This document shows positions 41,155 through 52,841 of a stretch of DNA of 64,000 nt, in pieces. The position numbers and the translations under genes are program-made. The notes under the pieces are model-generated. The model ran no database searches. It saw only the letters and a list, made by a program, of their open reading frames with translations, and was not told where the DNA came from. The stretch is from positions 14,774,871 through 14,838,870 of the forward strand of contig NC_092676.1 of NCBI RefSeq assembly GCF_964355755.1. Reading direction: 5' to 3'. Source of the DNA: Antedon mediterranea. Its lineage: Eukaryota > Animalia > Echinodermata. How positions within the stretch are numbered: position 1 is the first letter of the stretch; the number at the start of each line of letters is the position of its first letter.

Positions 41155-43140
41155 ATGCCTCCAAAATCCCGATTCGTTTCTATTAATTTTTGCGACATGT
41201 TAGATCTTAACCTTTTGCCTGGCATAGGTGCCTCACGTGCTCAAAAACTTATAGAATGGAGGGAGGGGTACGGCAACATCACCCCGAATAACATAGGGAA
41301 GATAATAAGAGGCTCAGGAAAAGGCAAGTTTATGAAATGGTTGGATTTCACTCCAAACCCGAGATGGGGAGGGAGAGACGGAGACTCAACGATTTACCGT
41401 GAGCTCCGGGATACCAGCACACCACTTGAGGTTGCTTATCCACCCGACCATTTTGGGTTAGGAATAGAGTCAAGATATTCTTCTCTACATCCTAAAACAG
41501 AGGCAAATCAGAATTACGATACAAGAGTCTCTGATATACTGTCTGATTCACCAGTAGATACTTTATCGTGCAATTCTGGGAGGGTTCCTAAATCAAGCGC
41601 CAACAGTCCAATTGCGTATCACGATACCTGGACAACGCTTGTACGTCAGGACACTACTCCGATATCCTACTACCATGGTGCCCGGGTAACACCTTCCCAA
41701 CAGGATACCCAAGAAACATCTACCTGGCAGGATAATTGTGGGACGCATTTTAATTATAAGACCAGTGGTACGCCAGTCTATTATCAGACCCAAGCCACAT
41801 CAACATACCAAGCACCACAAGATAGGCCCACAATGTATGATAGGGAAAGAAAAGATTTTTATAGCTCCTATAACACCCAACAGACTCCAGTCTCTTATGA
41901 ACCTCGTTATGATCATAGGGAACTAAGGGATAGGAGATCTCAACCCTCCACAAGGCGTGCCTCTAGAGGTGAACCTCCGACACGACATGTTGGTTGGGCC
42001 TGGGAGGATGACTCTGATGGTGAAAGTGAGCATGATGCGTATTTAGCTGACTTCAGGGAATTCTTGAGGAATACTGAATGTAGAACCCTTAGGCGGCAGA
42101 AGCATTTCAGGCCCAAGGATATTCCCAAAAGTCTAGTATTTAATGGCAAGGATAATTGGGTTCTCTTTAAGGAACGCTTCCTCAATTACGCTGACGAGCA
42201 TGACCTCAGCAATAGGGGAATGCGCAATGCTTTCAGTTGGTGCGTTACCGGCATAGCTGCTGAGTATTTTATTAATTTAACTGACATGAATGTAGATATC
42301 TCTTTCAGACACATCGTACAAGCTTTTGACGAACGCTTTAAGGCCGAAGAGCTACCCGAGGTCTTGGAAGTGAAATTCGAAGCTGCTGTACAGCATGAAG
42401 GAGAATCTATAGAAGATTGGGGCGACAGAGTTCTCACACTGACTAGAAAAGCCTTTAGCGATCTCCCGCAAGGTTGGATCTGTCAAAGGGCGGTTGTGAA
42501 ATTCTGTGTGGGTTGTCTTGACGCTGACGCTGGGCAGTATATGCTTCACCAGAACTGTACCACCCTGACTGAAGCAATGGCAGCTTACGAGAAGTACACT
42601 GGGCTGAGAGAACTCTGCCTTCGTACGAGGAGTAGACAACAGGAACCAGTGAAGCCGCATGTCCGGTTTACCACCATGCCTAAACATCTGGTACACCCAA
42701 CCTCATCCAGGTATAGAGGGGAATCTTTTGATGGTGGGGCAGAGGTAGAGGTTCGGAAGGTAAGTAAACCTAGCAAGGGTCGGACTCGCCCGGCGAGCCA
42801 GCGAAACCCTACCGTTCCTAGGCTAACGAAGAAGCCTGATCCCAAGGATCACCGGTTACCTTCACAGCCAAACCCAGATCCCACTGATGGAGCCGTCGAG
42901 TCTAAAATAGTTCAACAGGATAACAGGGGCACTCGCCTAGTAAGTGAGTTGTCGAACCAAATTAACCAGTTGACAACCAAATTTGATATTCTGCTAACTA
43001 CACTACAACGACAACCCAAGGCAACACCAACACCGGTTAGACAGGACCCAGCATTGCCACCCCGAGTGTGCGTTGAGGGCCAGGAACCCGGTCAACAGGT
43101 TTGTCAATTTGGGTCAGAAGGTAAGCAGACGTCAAACTAG
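41155..43140 (+). CDS. Gag-like protein with an N-terminal helix-hairpin-helix motif
   Basis: LNLLPGIGASRAQKLIEWRE (ComEA/HhH-like); capsid-like region FNGKDNW..F..RF and QHEGESIEDWGDRV; intact 661-aa ORF. Confidence 0.85.
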   Translation: MPPKSRFVSINFCDMLDLNLLPGIGASRAQKLIEWREGYGNITPNNIGKIIRGSGKGKFMKWLDFTPNPRWGGRDGDSTIYRELRDTSTPLEVAYPPDHFGLGIESRYSSLHPKTEANQNYDTRVSDILSDSPVDTLSCNSGRVPKSSANSPIAYHDTWTTLVRQDTTPISYYHGARVTPSQQDTQETSTWQDNCGTHFNYKTSGTPVYYQTQATSTYQAPQDRPTMYDRERKDFYSSYNTQQTPVSYEPRYDHRELRDRRSQPSTRRASRGEPPTRHVGWAWEDDSDGESEHDAYLADFREFLRNTECRTLRRQKHFRPKDIPKSLVFNGKDNWVLFKERFLNYADEHDLSNRGMRNAFSWCVTGIAAEYFINLTDMNVDISFRHIVQAFDERFKAEELPEVLEVKFEAAVQHEGESIEDWGDRVLTLTRKAFSDLPQGWICQRAVVKFCVGCLDADAGQYMLHQNCTTLTEAMAAYEKYTGLRELCLRTRSRQQEPVKPHVRFTTMPKHLVHPTSSRYRGESFDGGAEVEVRKVSKPSKGRTRPASQRNPTVPRLTKKPDPKDHRLPSQPNPDPTDGAVESKIVQQDNRGTRLVSELSNQINQLTTKFDILLTTLQRQPKATPTPVRQDPALPPRVCVEGQEPGQQVCQFGSEGKQTSN

Positions 43141-43184
43141 AGCAGGTTGGGAACGCAGCCCAGCTTCTCAACCTGTCATCTTCT

Positions 43185-44489
43185 ATGGGCTCTGACTCAA
43201 AGGCTGAAATACATAAAAAGAATAATGTCAATGATAATAATAATGTCCATGATAATAATAGTGTTTCTATGAGTATTTTTTCAGAGAACACGCTGGCACT
43301 ACTCCCAGGTTGCAAAGGTTCATTTGTAGGCACTACTCCGACCGACGATCTGTTGGGGTTGAGTGCAACAAACCAAGCTCAAACCGTGGAGGTAGAGACC
43401 AAAGCAGATGAGACTGAAAAAACCATTATTATCAACAGAGTACAATCCAACCGTGCCTTATTCACCACTGCCTGCGTAAATCAAACCGAAGTGGCAGCTG
43501 TTGTGGACACGGCTGCGGAACGGACAATACTCTCAGATAATGTATACTCACGTTTATTGTCTAAACCACCTATTGTAGCCGAGCTTAACTTTACTCTAGC
43601 AGGTAGAGGTACATCAATGCCTGGTTACAGAGTGGGACGACCTATTAACTTGAGATTGGGATCGGATGTCTACACTGAATTCTTCTATGTAGCACCGATT
43701 CATGATGAAATGTTACTAGGTCAGGATTTTATGGTGAAAAATAAGGCCATGATAGACTGCGGACAGTTGCTGCTAACAATAGGCTCTAGCATGGTGTCTG
43801 TGAGGAAAAATCGGGAATCCGAATCCTCGGGAATCGCCCGTGTCCTTGTTGCCAAACGTAGAGTGATACCACCACACTCAGTAATGCGTGTCCAATGTCA
43901 ACTCGTACCGAACAATTTACCATTACCAGATTACATTATAGGTCCAGAGATGAAGTCTTCGTTGGCAATTCCAGTTACCACACACCAGGGATTGCGGAAG
44001 TCGCACCTGTGTGTGGTCAACACTTCTAATCAGTACATCACATTGAAGAAGGGCAGGAACATTGCCCCAGCCACGGAGACCGAGCCGACGGAAGTGGGTG
44101 CGGTTAACGCTGCTGACGTGTGTTCAGTACCCAGCAATGATGTGCCTGTTTCGGCAGGACCCCGTCATCTGGTCAACATACTCGGTGCATTGTGTGCCCA
44201 TCCCGCCTCCATTAAGGATGCAGGACTGTCTTCTCTTGCCACTCAGGAGAAAAGGTTAAGCCTGAATGCAGTGTATTGTTTGGAGGAATCCGAGCACTGC
44301 ATTGTCACTCAAGGAGTTGCTCAGATTCGATACACAAGTGTCGAGATAGGGAGTGAGGGTTTTGTTTGGGACCCAGGAGGTTTAAGGACCATTACAGAAA
44401 CCCGGGCCCCAAATGGATTAAATTACTTGTATATTCACAGGACGAAGGTTGCATGGTCACGGCAGTTCAGCCTGAGATACCGACTTTAG
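43185..44489 (+). CDS. Retroviral-type aspartic protease ORF (-1 frame relative to gag)
   Basis: AVVDTAAERTIL active site and LLGQDFM motif; frame open from ~43125; no RT, RNase H or integrase core motifs seen. Confidence 0.85.
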   Translation: MGSDSKAEIHKKNNVNDNNNVHDNNSVSMSIFSENTLALLPGCKGSFVGTTPTDDLLGLSATNQAQTVEVETKADETEKTIIINRVQSNRALFTTACVNQTEVAAVVDTAAERTILSDNVYSRLLSKPPIVAELNFTLAGRGTSMPGYRVGRPINLRLGSDVYTEFFYVAPIHDEMLLGQDFMVKNKAMIDCGQLLLTIGSSMVSVRKNRESESSGIARVLVAKRRVIPPHSVMRVQCQLVPNNLPLPDYIIGPEMKSSLAIPVTTHQGLRKSHLCVVNTSNQYITLKKGRNIAPATETEPTEVGAVNAADVCSVPSNDVPVSAGPRHLVNILGALCAHPASIKDAGLSSLATQEKRLSLNAVYCLEESEHCIVTQGVAQIRYTSVEIGSEGFVWDPGGLRTITETRAPNGLNYLYIHRTKVAWSRQFSLRYRL

Positions 44490-46129
44490 GAGCTAATTCT
44501 TCCAGCCCAAGTTTGGAATTCTTTTGGTTGAATAAAGCCGCCCTACATTCGTCCGATGATGGACTCTCATTTCGTATAAGGTAAAAAGGTTATTGGATTT
44601 ACCTGTGGGGAGACGCAGTGATGCATGGAAAGGGATAACGATTTCCGTGTCCTCACCCGACAAGGGCTATGTGCTATACCTTAGCCAGCCACAGGGCAAA
44701 TCCACGAAGCTGTGTCCCCTATGGACCAGTACTGTTATCAAATTGATTAGCCTAAGACTGTTCTTTGTCTCGCTGAGAAGAAGGGTGAAGTAACTCCAAC
44801 CTCGCGACTGACAGCCCCTGGGTAGTTAACTGACCGTTTACCACATTGCTATCCTGAGCTGGATCTGGTTCACTGTGGAAGATGTGTAGAATGGTTATCT
44901 TTGCAGATTTTCAATTGGGATGGACTTTTCTGAGTTTACCTCAAATCCTCCTAATTAAGCAGTCTCGATTGCTACCAGGCACTGGACCACATCAGAACAC
45001 TGGGCTCAGCCTTTATAAAATTGGGAGGAGTGTAGTGAAAACCCCCTTATATAATAATGGGTCGACCCAAGGTGTGACCCGAGGTCACGTGCGTTACTGA
45101 CCGGTGCCGGAGCGGCCTCTTTGAACGCATGACATTAGACGGAACGGACGTAAATCGTGACTAGGCCTAAGCCTATGCTGTATCAGTATCAGCCATTACG
45201 CACGTTCCCTGGTGTTTGATATACATTAGCCGACTAGCCTATAGCCAGCAGGGTTTCCTGTGTAAGCTTCCCAGCCTAGACTGAGCGGTATATAAGCCAG
45301 TTCTACGGTAATATTGGTGGAACAACAGGTATTCACTGTGATTGAATAGGTTATAGGCCTATATAGGCCTAGTATAGTTTAAGCCTCATTGCTACTATTA
45401 CGAGGTACGAGCCACAAGGGGTCAAGCTCGACCCTACTAGCCTAGCTAGTACTGAGGGATTGCTCACTGGGTAGCCACACACATACACAGTAACGGAATT
45501 AAGGTACGTTTAGTCCTCCTAGGCTGGCCTGTGTGTTTATCACTACCAGCAGCCACACATCGGAGTGGACTGTTCGTACTCTTCTGTGTATCGCACTTCA
45601 TCTGGGCCACCAGGGGGCAAGAGACCAGTCCCGCCTAAAAGGTAAGCTAGTACGCCTTGTGTAATAATTGTAGTAGCTTCGCACTCTCGGCCGTTTTACA
45701 ACACTAGCCTAGGTGGCCTAGCGATCGCTGACTTAGCTAGGTTCGTGCGTGCGATTGTTTCGTTTTTGCGTATGAAAAAAACATTTCAAAACACCAAAGT
45801 TAATAGAAACCATTGATTAAAGTATGATTTTTCATAGTTTTATTATTGTCGGCAATGTGGGTTTTCCGTGTGCCGACTAGGCTATTTCATACACAATTTA
45901 CATCGCCAGTCGGCAAACTGGGAGTCGGCAAACTGGTCAGATACCATGGTGTTTGCCAAATGTTCATAAAAGAAGTATTCATGCTTGTAATATTGTTTCA
46001 GTGCGTGATAGTTAATATTTATTACCGAGGTTAATCATTATTTATGTGAGCATAAAGTCGATAAGGTAATTTGTAATAGTAGGCCTATGTACTTTGGTAT
46101 AGTGACATCAGGTTGAATTTTTTTCTTAA

Positions 46130-46481
46130 AGATGTATTGTCCCCTGAAAAAATAATTCAGAACATTTTTTTGTTGAATATTCCATTTTAATGTAACATAA
46201 TAGTTATCCACTTTGACCAAAAATTGGATCGAAAAAAAAATGTATTTACCCGAAAAAATGTAGGCCTAATTTAAAGAAAAACATTATCAAATTGGCTGCC
46301 AGCCAATGGATTTTTTGTTGAATTTAACCATTTATTTTGTCATTTTATAAGTGAAAACATTATTTTTGTTTCATTTTTTTTCCTATGGAATTGATTAACT
46401 TTATTAAAACTATAAAATAACATATTCAAAGTCTGATTTAATTAATCTTCATTTTTCATGTTTTTGGGGGACAATACATCT
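46130..46481. mobile_element. Kolobok-like MITE
   Basis: TTAA-agatgtattgtcccc...ggggacaatacatct-TTAA. Confidence 0.8.
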
Positions 46482-46902
46482 TTAAATATTACATTTTAAT
46501 TGTTTTATAAATGTACATTGTTTTTTCAAATTTACAGATTAAAATTTTACGATGAATTCGAATTTAACCGTTGTTAAATTTCTAATGTGTTTATTTTTAT
46601 TGTAATTCTTTTCTGTTATCATGCAATTAAGATGAAAAATGTTACTTTTTTTCTGCTGCTAAATTTTATGAATGTGTTTTTATGTATATATTGAATAAAA
46701 TAAACCAGTAATATATAGCTGTTGTGATGATATTTTGTAAATTTGCGCCAAAATAACAAAGAACGCCTACCCAATAGAACAATCACAATAGAAGTAATTA
46801 CCGACTACAGCGCAGACGACCGTGATTGGTCACATGATTGACTGATTGATTTTTTCAGAATCTTTAATGATTTATGATATATAGGATTTTGCTAAAGCAA
46901 AT

Positions 46903-46963
46903 GATGGGATTCGATCCCGGTACCCCTAAGTCGGTTGCACTACACATTGAGCCATCTGAACAC
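46903..46963 (-). mobile_element. Degenerate tRNA-derived SINE head
   Basis: A-box-like TGGCTCAATGTG and B-box-like GGATCGAATCC on the minus strand. Confidence 0.45.
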
Positions 46964-47399
46964 CTGAAATAAAAATCAAAGAAAGATTTCTCGTGCATTC
47001 GGTATGTGGTGATGCAAATAGATTATTACATACAAAACTAAATCGTGATTTTTACTATGATGACATCTTCAAAAATTGTAAAAAGTGGCATATCGTGAAA
47101 GTTCATACTTTTTATATATTAGTTTCCACTAATACGATATTATTCCATATTTCTATCTCAGGAAGATATTATAAAGGGTTTTTGAACAAAAGTTCTGATT
47201 TCATCGGTAGATTTTCAACTCAGTGCGCGCTTAGAAGCAATTTCCGGGTCCACGGGGAGGGCCAGGGTTCACCTTGCAACTTCCTGGTTTCAACTAAGTT
47301 GGTGACGATAGCCATTTTAGTTTTTCGGACCGCCCGTGTGAAGGTGCAGTAGCAAAATAAAAATTATACTCATGCAAATTAATAAAGATTACATTCAGA

Positions 47400-48370
47400 A
47401 AGTGAAGGAGACACCGTGGTTGCTTACATTTAGTTTTCTTATGATGTGAAATATTTTGAAAAGCGTATCAAGAAATAAGTAAAAAATTCAGGATCACATT
47501 TGTAAATACCAGTCCAATTAACATAACTCATTCCGAAGATAGACATTGTCTTTAATGCGGTATGATAGGTTATATGATTAAGAAGAAATTAAATTTAGGT
47601 CATAATAATAATAAGGCAACTGATCATATATCATCAGCAATAAGTATACCAAATGTAATTTCCGAGGCAATTTGGTTTGTAAAATAATTATCATTTAAGG
47701 TTGCACTGCTTGTGATTCTAGTTGGTTTAGAGATAGTTGGAAAGAAGAACATTAATATTATTAGTAAGATCATGAGTATGGCATTTTATCAATTCAATGT
47801 TAAAGTCCCCCATAAGTTGCATTTGTTATTTATCTTCATTAATACATTCTCAAAATTATTTGCAAACAATTCAATTGATTTATTATTTCTGTGGATAATC
47901 TCAATAACCACCTCCTTTCCCGTTTAATCTCTTGTTGGCGATCATCAGCAAAAAAACGCCTGCTACCGCCATTTTTAGTTTTAATTATTAACCACGCTGA
48001 CACCGACCATGGAATAAACGCATCTGCCCTCGTTCCTGTATTTTTCACGTTTCACCAGTGTATTTCTACCTTCCCTAACACCTGTATAAATATCGTCAGT
48101 GATGAATATGCTTTCGAATTATTATCATTATTTTATAGGCATTTCGGTGCATTTCGTAGGAATCTCTGTATCGACGAAAAAGTTGACAAAAATGGGACGA
48201 TGGAACGGACAGCTAACAAAATCAATTTTAGAGTAAATATTGTTTCGATTGTTATCAAGCTTACTTTAATTTCTTCCATATTATTAACTCCCATTTCAAG
48301 ATCTTAATTAGCGCTATTATGATCTCTATTACTTTTCCTGAGCTCTGCCCAGACTCTGATCATACCGTAT
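47400..48370 (-). mobile_element. Decayed CR1/L2-group LINE (ORF1 end and endonuclease)
   Basis: Minus-strand fragments LMGDFNI and KPTRITSSATL.DN.FTN; boundaries approximate. Confidence 0.6.
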
Positions 48371-49230
48371 AAAGTCGAGTATGTACACCTCTTTCTTACA
48401 CTATCTTAACTAAACTATATTAAACATGTTTTACTTAAATCAGTACGGAAAGTGTATATACAGACAAAGAACATTAATTCTAATCCACCCGGTGATATAC
48501 TGAAAATGTATTAATTAATTTGAAACGATAAGATGAGGAAATCTGTGAGAATGAGAAAAAGTCGCCAAACCGAGATTCGAACCTCACCTCACCACAATTG
48601 TACGCACGCAAGCAGAAGGTTTAGAATTAATGTTCTATACCGAATGTTCTATGCCTAAACAGTATATTATATATAAATAATGGATGTTCACATTGAACTT
48701 TTGTAACATACTTTACATTGCAAAACAATTATATATGTTTTTTTTAAATATATTAAATGTTATATTTATTTGGATTTTATAATCACACCTACTGTAGTGT
48801 TAATTATGTCAACGAACACACAAACAATTCTAGGCCTAGCTATGCTAATAAAGCGTCTATAGCTAGGTCTAGGCCTATAGTTATTTAGGCTAGAAAGGCA
48901 GCAATACCGTTACGAAACTTCACCAGGAACTGTTCTAGGATAATTTTGTGTTTTCCAACGATCCAACGTCTTTTAGAGTTGTTCCCATTAATTATTCAAA
49001 ACCATACAAACGATAACGCTAATTTAAAAATGCTTTTTTGGCCTACATTAGTAGGCCTAGGCCTATGATGTGTATATCCAGTGAGTTATCTGGTATATCC
49101 GTCGCGAAACGAGAGTTCAATGTGTGAATTAAGCGGCGCTGTTGTATTTTACGTTCAGAATTACAGTAATATTCGTAATTGTTTTTTTCGTCCCCGGATT
49201 TTTTTTCGTACTCTAAAGAAGTATTATAGT

Positions 49231-49497
49231 TAGGGCGTGTGGCGCTGTGTGTTGGACGTTCGACTACTGATCGTTAGACCGAGGTTCGAATCCAACTCTC
49301 GCCGCATTGCTTGTATCCTTAGGCAAGATACTTTACTTACGTTTGCCTCTCTCCACCCAGGTGTATAATTGGGAACCCGGTTAGACCAAGACATAACTCT
49401 GCGCTGATTACTAGCTGCATATATGGGAGTATGTTTCCATAGGTGTTTGATCAGGAAATAATAATAAAAATGAACTATTACTATTATTATTTTTATT
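49231..49497 (+). mobile_element. tRNA-derived SINE with a CORE-like body
   Basis: B box GGTTCGAATCC; tccttaggcaagatactt; ctctccacccaggtgtataattggg; (TAT)n-like tail. Confidence 0.75.
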
Positions 49498-49769
49498 AAA
49501 CGAACGTTCAATAGTGTGTACTATTGCACGCCATGTGACCCAAGATCATTCAATCAAATGTCAGGAATTTATTTATTTTTATCATATAAATCTATTTATT
49601 TTACTATAGATATTGTACATTTTAACCGCGGTAATTAAACATCGCATTTTATACAGTGATTTCTATGTCAATTATTATATATTAATTATTATTATTATAT
49701 ACATAATATCTCTAATTCTTATTGTACAAAACCTATAATATTATTTATTTCTTTCTGTACAGGTTTGTG

Positions 49770-50065
49770 TGTACCGATGATAATATCGGACTAGCATGTG
49801 ATAGGCATGGGTTCGAGCCTATCAGTACAACATTAAATATTACTTTCATTGTCTCATCCTTCGGATGAGACGTAAAGCCGTTGGTCCCGTGTACATAGTG
49901 CACGTTAATGAACTTGATACACGTTTCGTAAAGAGTAGTATATCGTCCCCCGGTGTGCTGATCTGGTAGGTGCTGCACTGCTGGCTGCCGTGGGTCCATG
50001 GAGAGCCTAATCCGAATTTCCGCAGTTTGAGGACAATTATAAATACAAAAAAAAAACAACAAAAT
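49770..50065 (+). mobile_element. Deu/Nin-domain SINE
   Basis: GGTTCGAG B box; tcggatgagacgtaaagccgttggtcccgtg...gcacgtta; A-rich tail. Confidence 0.7.
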
Positions 50066-50421
50066 AATAGCATATATCCCTTTTCAGCGTGATCCATCAA
50101 GGCGCCATTTTGCGAATTCTTAATTCATAATCGAAATATCCATAACCGCTTGTTAAATATCAATCAAATTGAATATAATGTACGCACACGTCACGTACCG
50201 GTACGTGTACATAGAAATTTGTGCGCGTAATCGCCGGTATTTTAATTCATATTTGCTCTTCGTGATAAATTATTTTTATTTTATATCTGACCAATTATCT
50301 TATCTCCCCGACGCAAGGTACTACCCGCTGCTACCTGGGCTCAAACCTAATCATAGGAATCAGCGCAAGCTCAGCGGTCTAGAGGTACGGTATTAACGTC
50401 AGGCTAGTGAGGTCGTGCTTA

Positions 50422-50764
50422 TTATGCATCATTGTTAAATAAACTTGAGCAACTTATTTCCGAGTCTGTTAAGATATCCGTTTCCTGAAGGCGATCCATA
50501 AAGCTGTCTGATACCGGTAAACTGTGAATTGCTATATCAGATCGATATAATACTCCCTTACTTAATGTGTTAATCTCATTCTTTTTTGAAATCATAACAT
50601 CACATTCACTAGTACTTTCTTCTGCAGACTTTAAAGAATAGTCTAGTTGAATTGTGTTAGTCTTAGTAATACATCTTCTGCCAAGCGTTTCCACAATCTT
50701 ATCATTAGAGTGTAAGCCTACTGCCATTATGTAGCTTTGTGCTGTTAGGTATTCGTTGGAATTC
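50422..50764 (-). CDS. GABBR2: GABA-B R2-like putative terminal exon
   Basis: tttttgtag acceptor; in frame with the previous exon; NSNEYLTAQSYIMAVG...NNDA*. Confidence 0.65.
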
Positions 50765-51052
50765 CTACAAAAATGTAAGGCAAGAAAACATTTATAAATT
50801 TAGGAGAAACATAACTAAATGCTACCGAAAATCTCGAAAATTAAAATGTCTGAAAATGAAAATAAATTGTTGAAAGGTTAATTACTTGTTACTAGGATTA
50901 AACAATGTTCGATATGAGCTTAGTGAAATAAAAATTAGGTTAAATAAAACAAGGCCATATACATGCTATTTGTTAAATTGTTATGAATAGTTATGTCAAC
51001 TTCATAATATAATAGTTTACTTGATGAAATAAAGGAAATGAATAATGTATTA

Positions 51053-51290
51053 TTTACCTCCGCCAAGGAGGTATGTAGTCGATCGCGCGTGTTTGTCTGT
51101 CTGTTTGTTTGTTAGCAGAATTACTCAAAAATGTATTGCAAGATCTTTACCAAATAAAAATACAGATAGAACCACTCCATTGAATTTTGGAGAAAATCTG
51201 GACCACGGTCCCAATTCTGGACCACTTATTAGTAGTTTTTCAGACCTTCTAGGCAATTTTCAAAAGCCGGCGAACAGTCTTAAAGTAAAC
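51053..51290 (+). mobile_element. HINE/DINE-like non-autonomous element 5' part
   Basis: ttacctccgccaaggagg start followed by a (GTYT)n microsatellite; 3' end not determined. Confidence 0.5.
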
Positions 51291-51431
51291 TGAAATTGCG
51301 TTTTCTCGAGAAGTATCTGTCCAAAAACTTGATTTTTGTACAAGAGACAAGAGTTTTTGATTATTTGTTATTGTCGCCGTCGTAACAAATTTATAATTCT
51401 GTCGAACCAATAACATACAGTATTTCCTTAC

Positions 51432-51534
51432 CCATGATCAGATATGCTGCATATCGTAGGTTCTTCAACACATACAGTGATAGGCAATGGAGATACTTTT
51501 TCCGAATGTGTTGTTGCCAGTGATGTTAACTTGT
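51432..51534 (-). CDS. GABBR2: GABA-B R2-like exon (C-tail)
   Basis: AG/GT bounded, 103 bp, phase 1-2, open: KLTSLATTHSEKVSPLPITVCVEEP...; assigned by phase only. Confidence 0.7.
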
Positions 51535-52038
51535 CTATAAAAAAACCCATCAGTATAACATAATTAGTTGCGAGTTTTAGTTAAGAGTTTAGTTCTTTTT
51601 AATGGTTTCGTGATCTTTTCTAATTGGTCAAAATCGTAAACTGATTTCCCAACCCTGAAGTCTACTGGTCTTGATATGACTACGGTATTGCATAACGATT
51701 GTGATGTGGTTTTATTTCATGAATGAAAAGCAAACAAACAAACTAACCGATAGGCCTAAATAAACCCGGTTGTGTTGTAATAACAATTATCACCACTGGT
51801 GGAATAGTGGAAAGTATGAAGAAAAAAAAATCAATTTCTGCGCTTTCAACTGGCTTTGTGTGTAACGCTAAAAATGACCCGAGTTGCGATAAATTGTTTA
51901 AACATTTATTTTGCGCTTTAATTTTTAAATTTTAAGCGACCGTACGCGCTTAATTTATAGCGCACATGGTCCTAAAAGTTTATTATAATATTAAGCCTAC
52001 TACTGTAAAGGTTTATATATATATTATATATTAATAAG

Positions 52039-52110
52039 ACTCCAGTGGTCTAATGGTTAGGACAACTGCATATCAAGCAGACGGTCCGAGTTCGAGTTTC
52101 GGTTGGGGCA
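52039..52110 (+). other. Diverged tRNA-like copy within a repeat
   Basis: Same sequence as 52406-52477 with mismatches in the acceptor, anticodon and T stems. Confidence 0.7.
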
Positions 52111-52187
52111 ACTTTTTCTCATTCTCACAGATTTCCTCATCTTTATCGTTTCAAATTAATTAATTAAATTTCAGTATATCGCCGGGC

Positions 52188-52189
<2 letters not shown>

Positions 52190-52269
<80 letters not shown>
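52190..52269. repeat. (TA)n microsatellite
   Basis: ~80 bp of pure TA. Confidence 0.95.
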
Positions 52270-52271
<2 letters not shown>

Positions 52272-52405
52272 ACAGGCAAAGAATTAATATATAATAACAA
52301 ATCAGGCAAAGAACATTAATTCTAAACCGCCCGGTGATATACTGAAATTTAATTAATTAATTGGAAACGATAAAGATGAGGAAATCTGTGAGAATGAGAA
52401 AAAGT

Positions 52406-52477
52406 CGCCCCAACCGAGACTCGAACTCGGACCGCCTGCTTGATATGCAGATGTCCTAACCATTAGACCACTGGGGC
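52406..52477 (-). tRNA. tRNA-like cloverleaf, anticodon ATC, embedded in a dispersed repeat (probable pseudo-tRNA)
   Basis: Stems GCCCCAG/TTGGGGC, GTCT/GGAC, TCTGC/GCAGG (loop ATATCAA) and CCGAG/CTCGG (loop TTCGAGT); T5 run immediately downstream. Confidence 0.55.
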
Positions 52478-52769
52478 TTTCATGGTATTGTTCGAACTCG
52501 ATTGGATAGCGACTCTTTAACATTCTCGGCGTGGTACGGCGGAACAGCACTAGTCCTCAGTTGTACGCACGCGCAACAGAGATCAAATTGATACGCCCTC
52601 ATCTTTCAGTATTTTTATTCACGAGGCGGGATCTCCGAAGAGATACTTTTATATATATAAACACAACAGGCAAAGAACATTAATTCTAAACCGCCCGGTG
52701 ATATACTGAAATTTAATTAATTAATTTGAAACGATAAAGATGAGGAAATCTGTGAGAATGAGAAAAAGT

Positions 52770-52841
52770 CGCCCCAACCGAGACTCGAACTCGGACCGCC
52801 TGCTTGATATGCAGATGTCCTAACCATTAGACCACTGGGGC
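52770..52841 (-). tRNA. Second identical tRNA-like (ATC) copy
   Basis: Identical to 52406-52477; 364-bp spacing. Confidence 0.55.

Larger units (their letters stand above)
39825..45703 (+). mobile_element. Young non-autonomous Ty3/Gypsy-type LTR retrotransposon (gag + protease only)
   Basis: 673-bp TG...CA LTRs at 39825-40497 and 45031-45703 (one mismatch seen); TSD CTAG; PBS TGGCGCTGCGAGCA (tRNA-Ser-like) at 40499; PPT gggaggag before 45031. Confidence 0.95.
35226..45945 (+). mobile_element. MULE/Mutator DNA transposon (defective) with nested elements
   Basis: ~240-bp TIRs (ccagtttgccgactccc...ctagctaagctatacagcc); TSD ATGGTGTT (35218-35225, 45946-45953); transposase inside. Confidence 0.9.
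35067..46834 (+). repeat. Diverged relic of the H4-H2A intergenic spacer, split by the MULE (35067-35225 and 45946-46834)
   Basis: Matches 25942-26664 (catttgatttcaccatgcaaac ... gtgattggtcaca) with many substitutions; no coding sequence. Confidence 0.85.
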
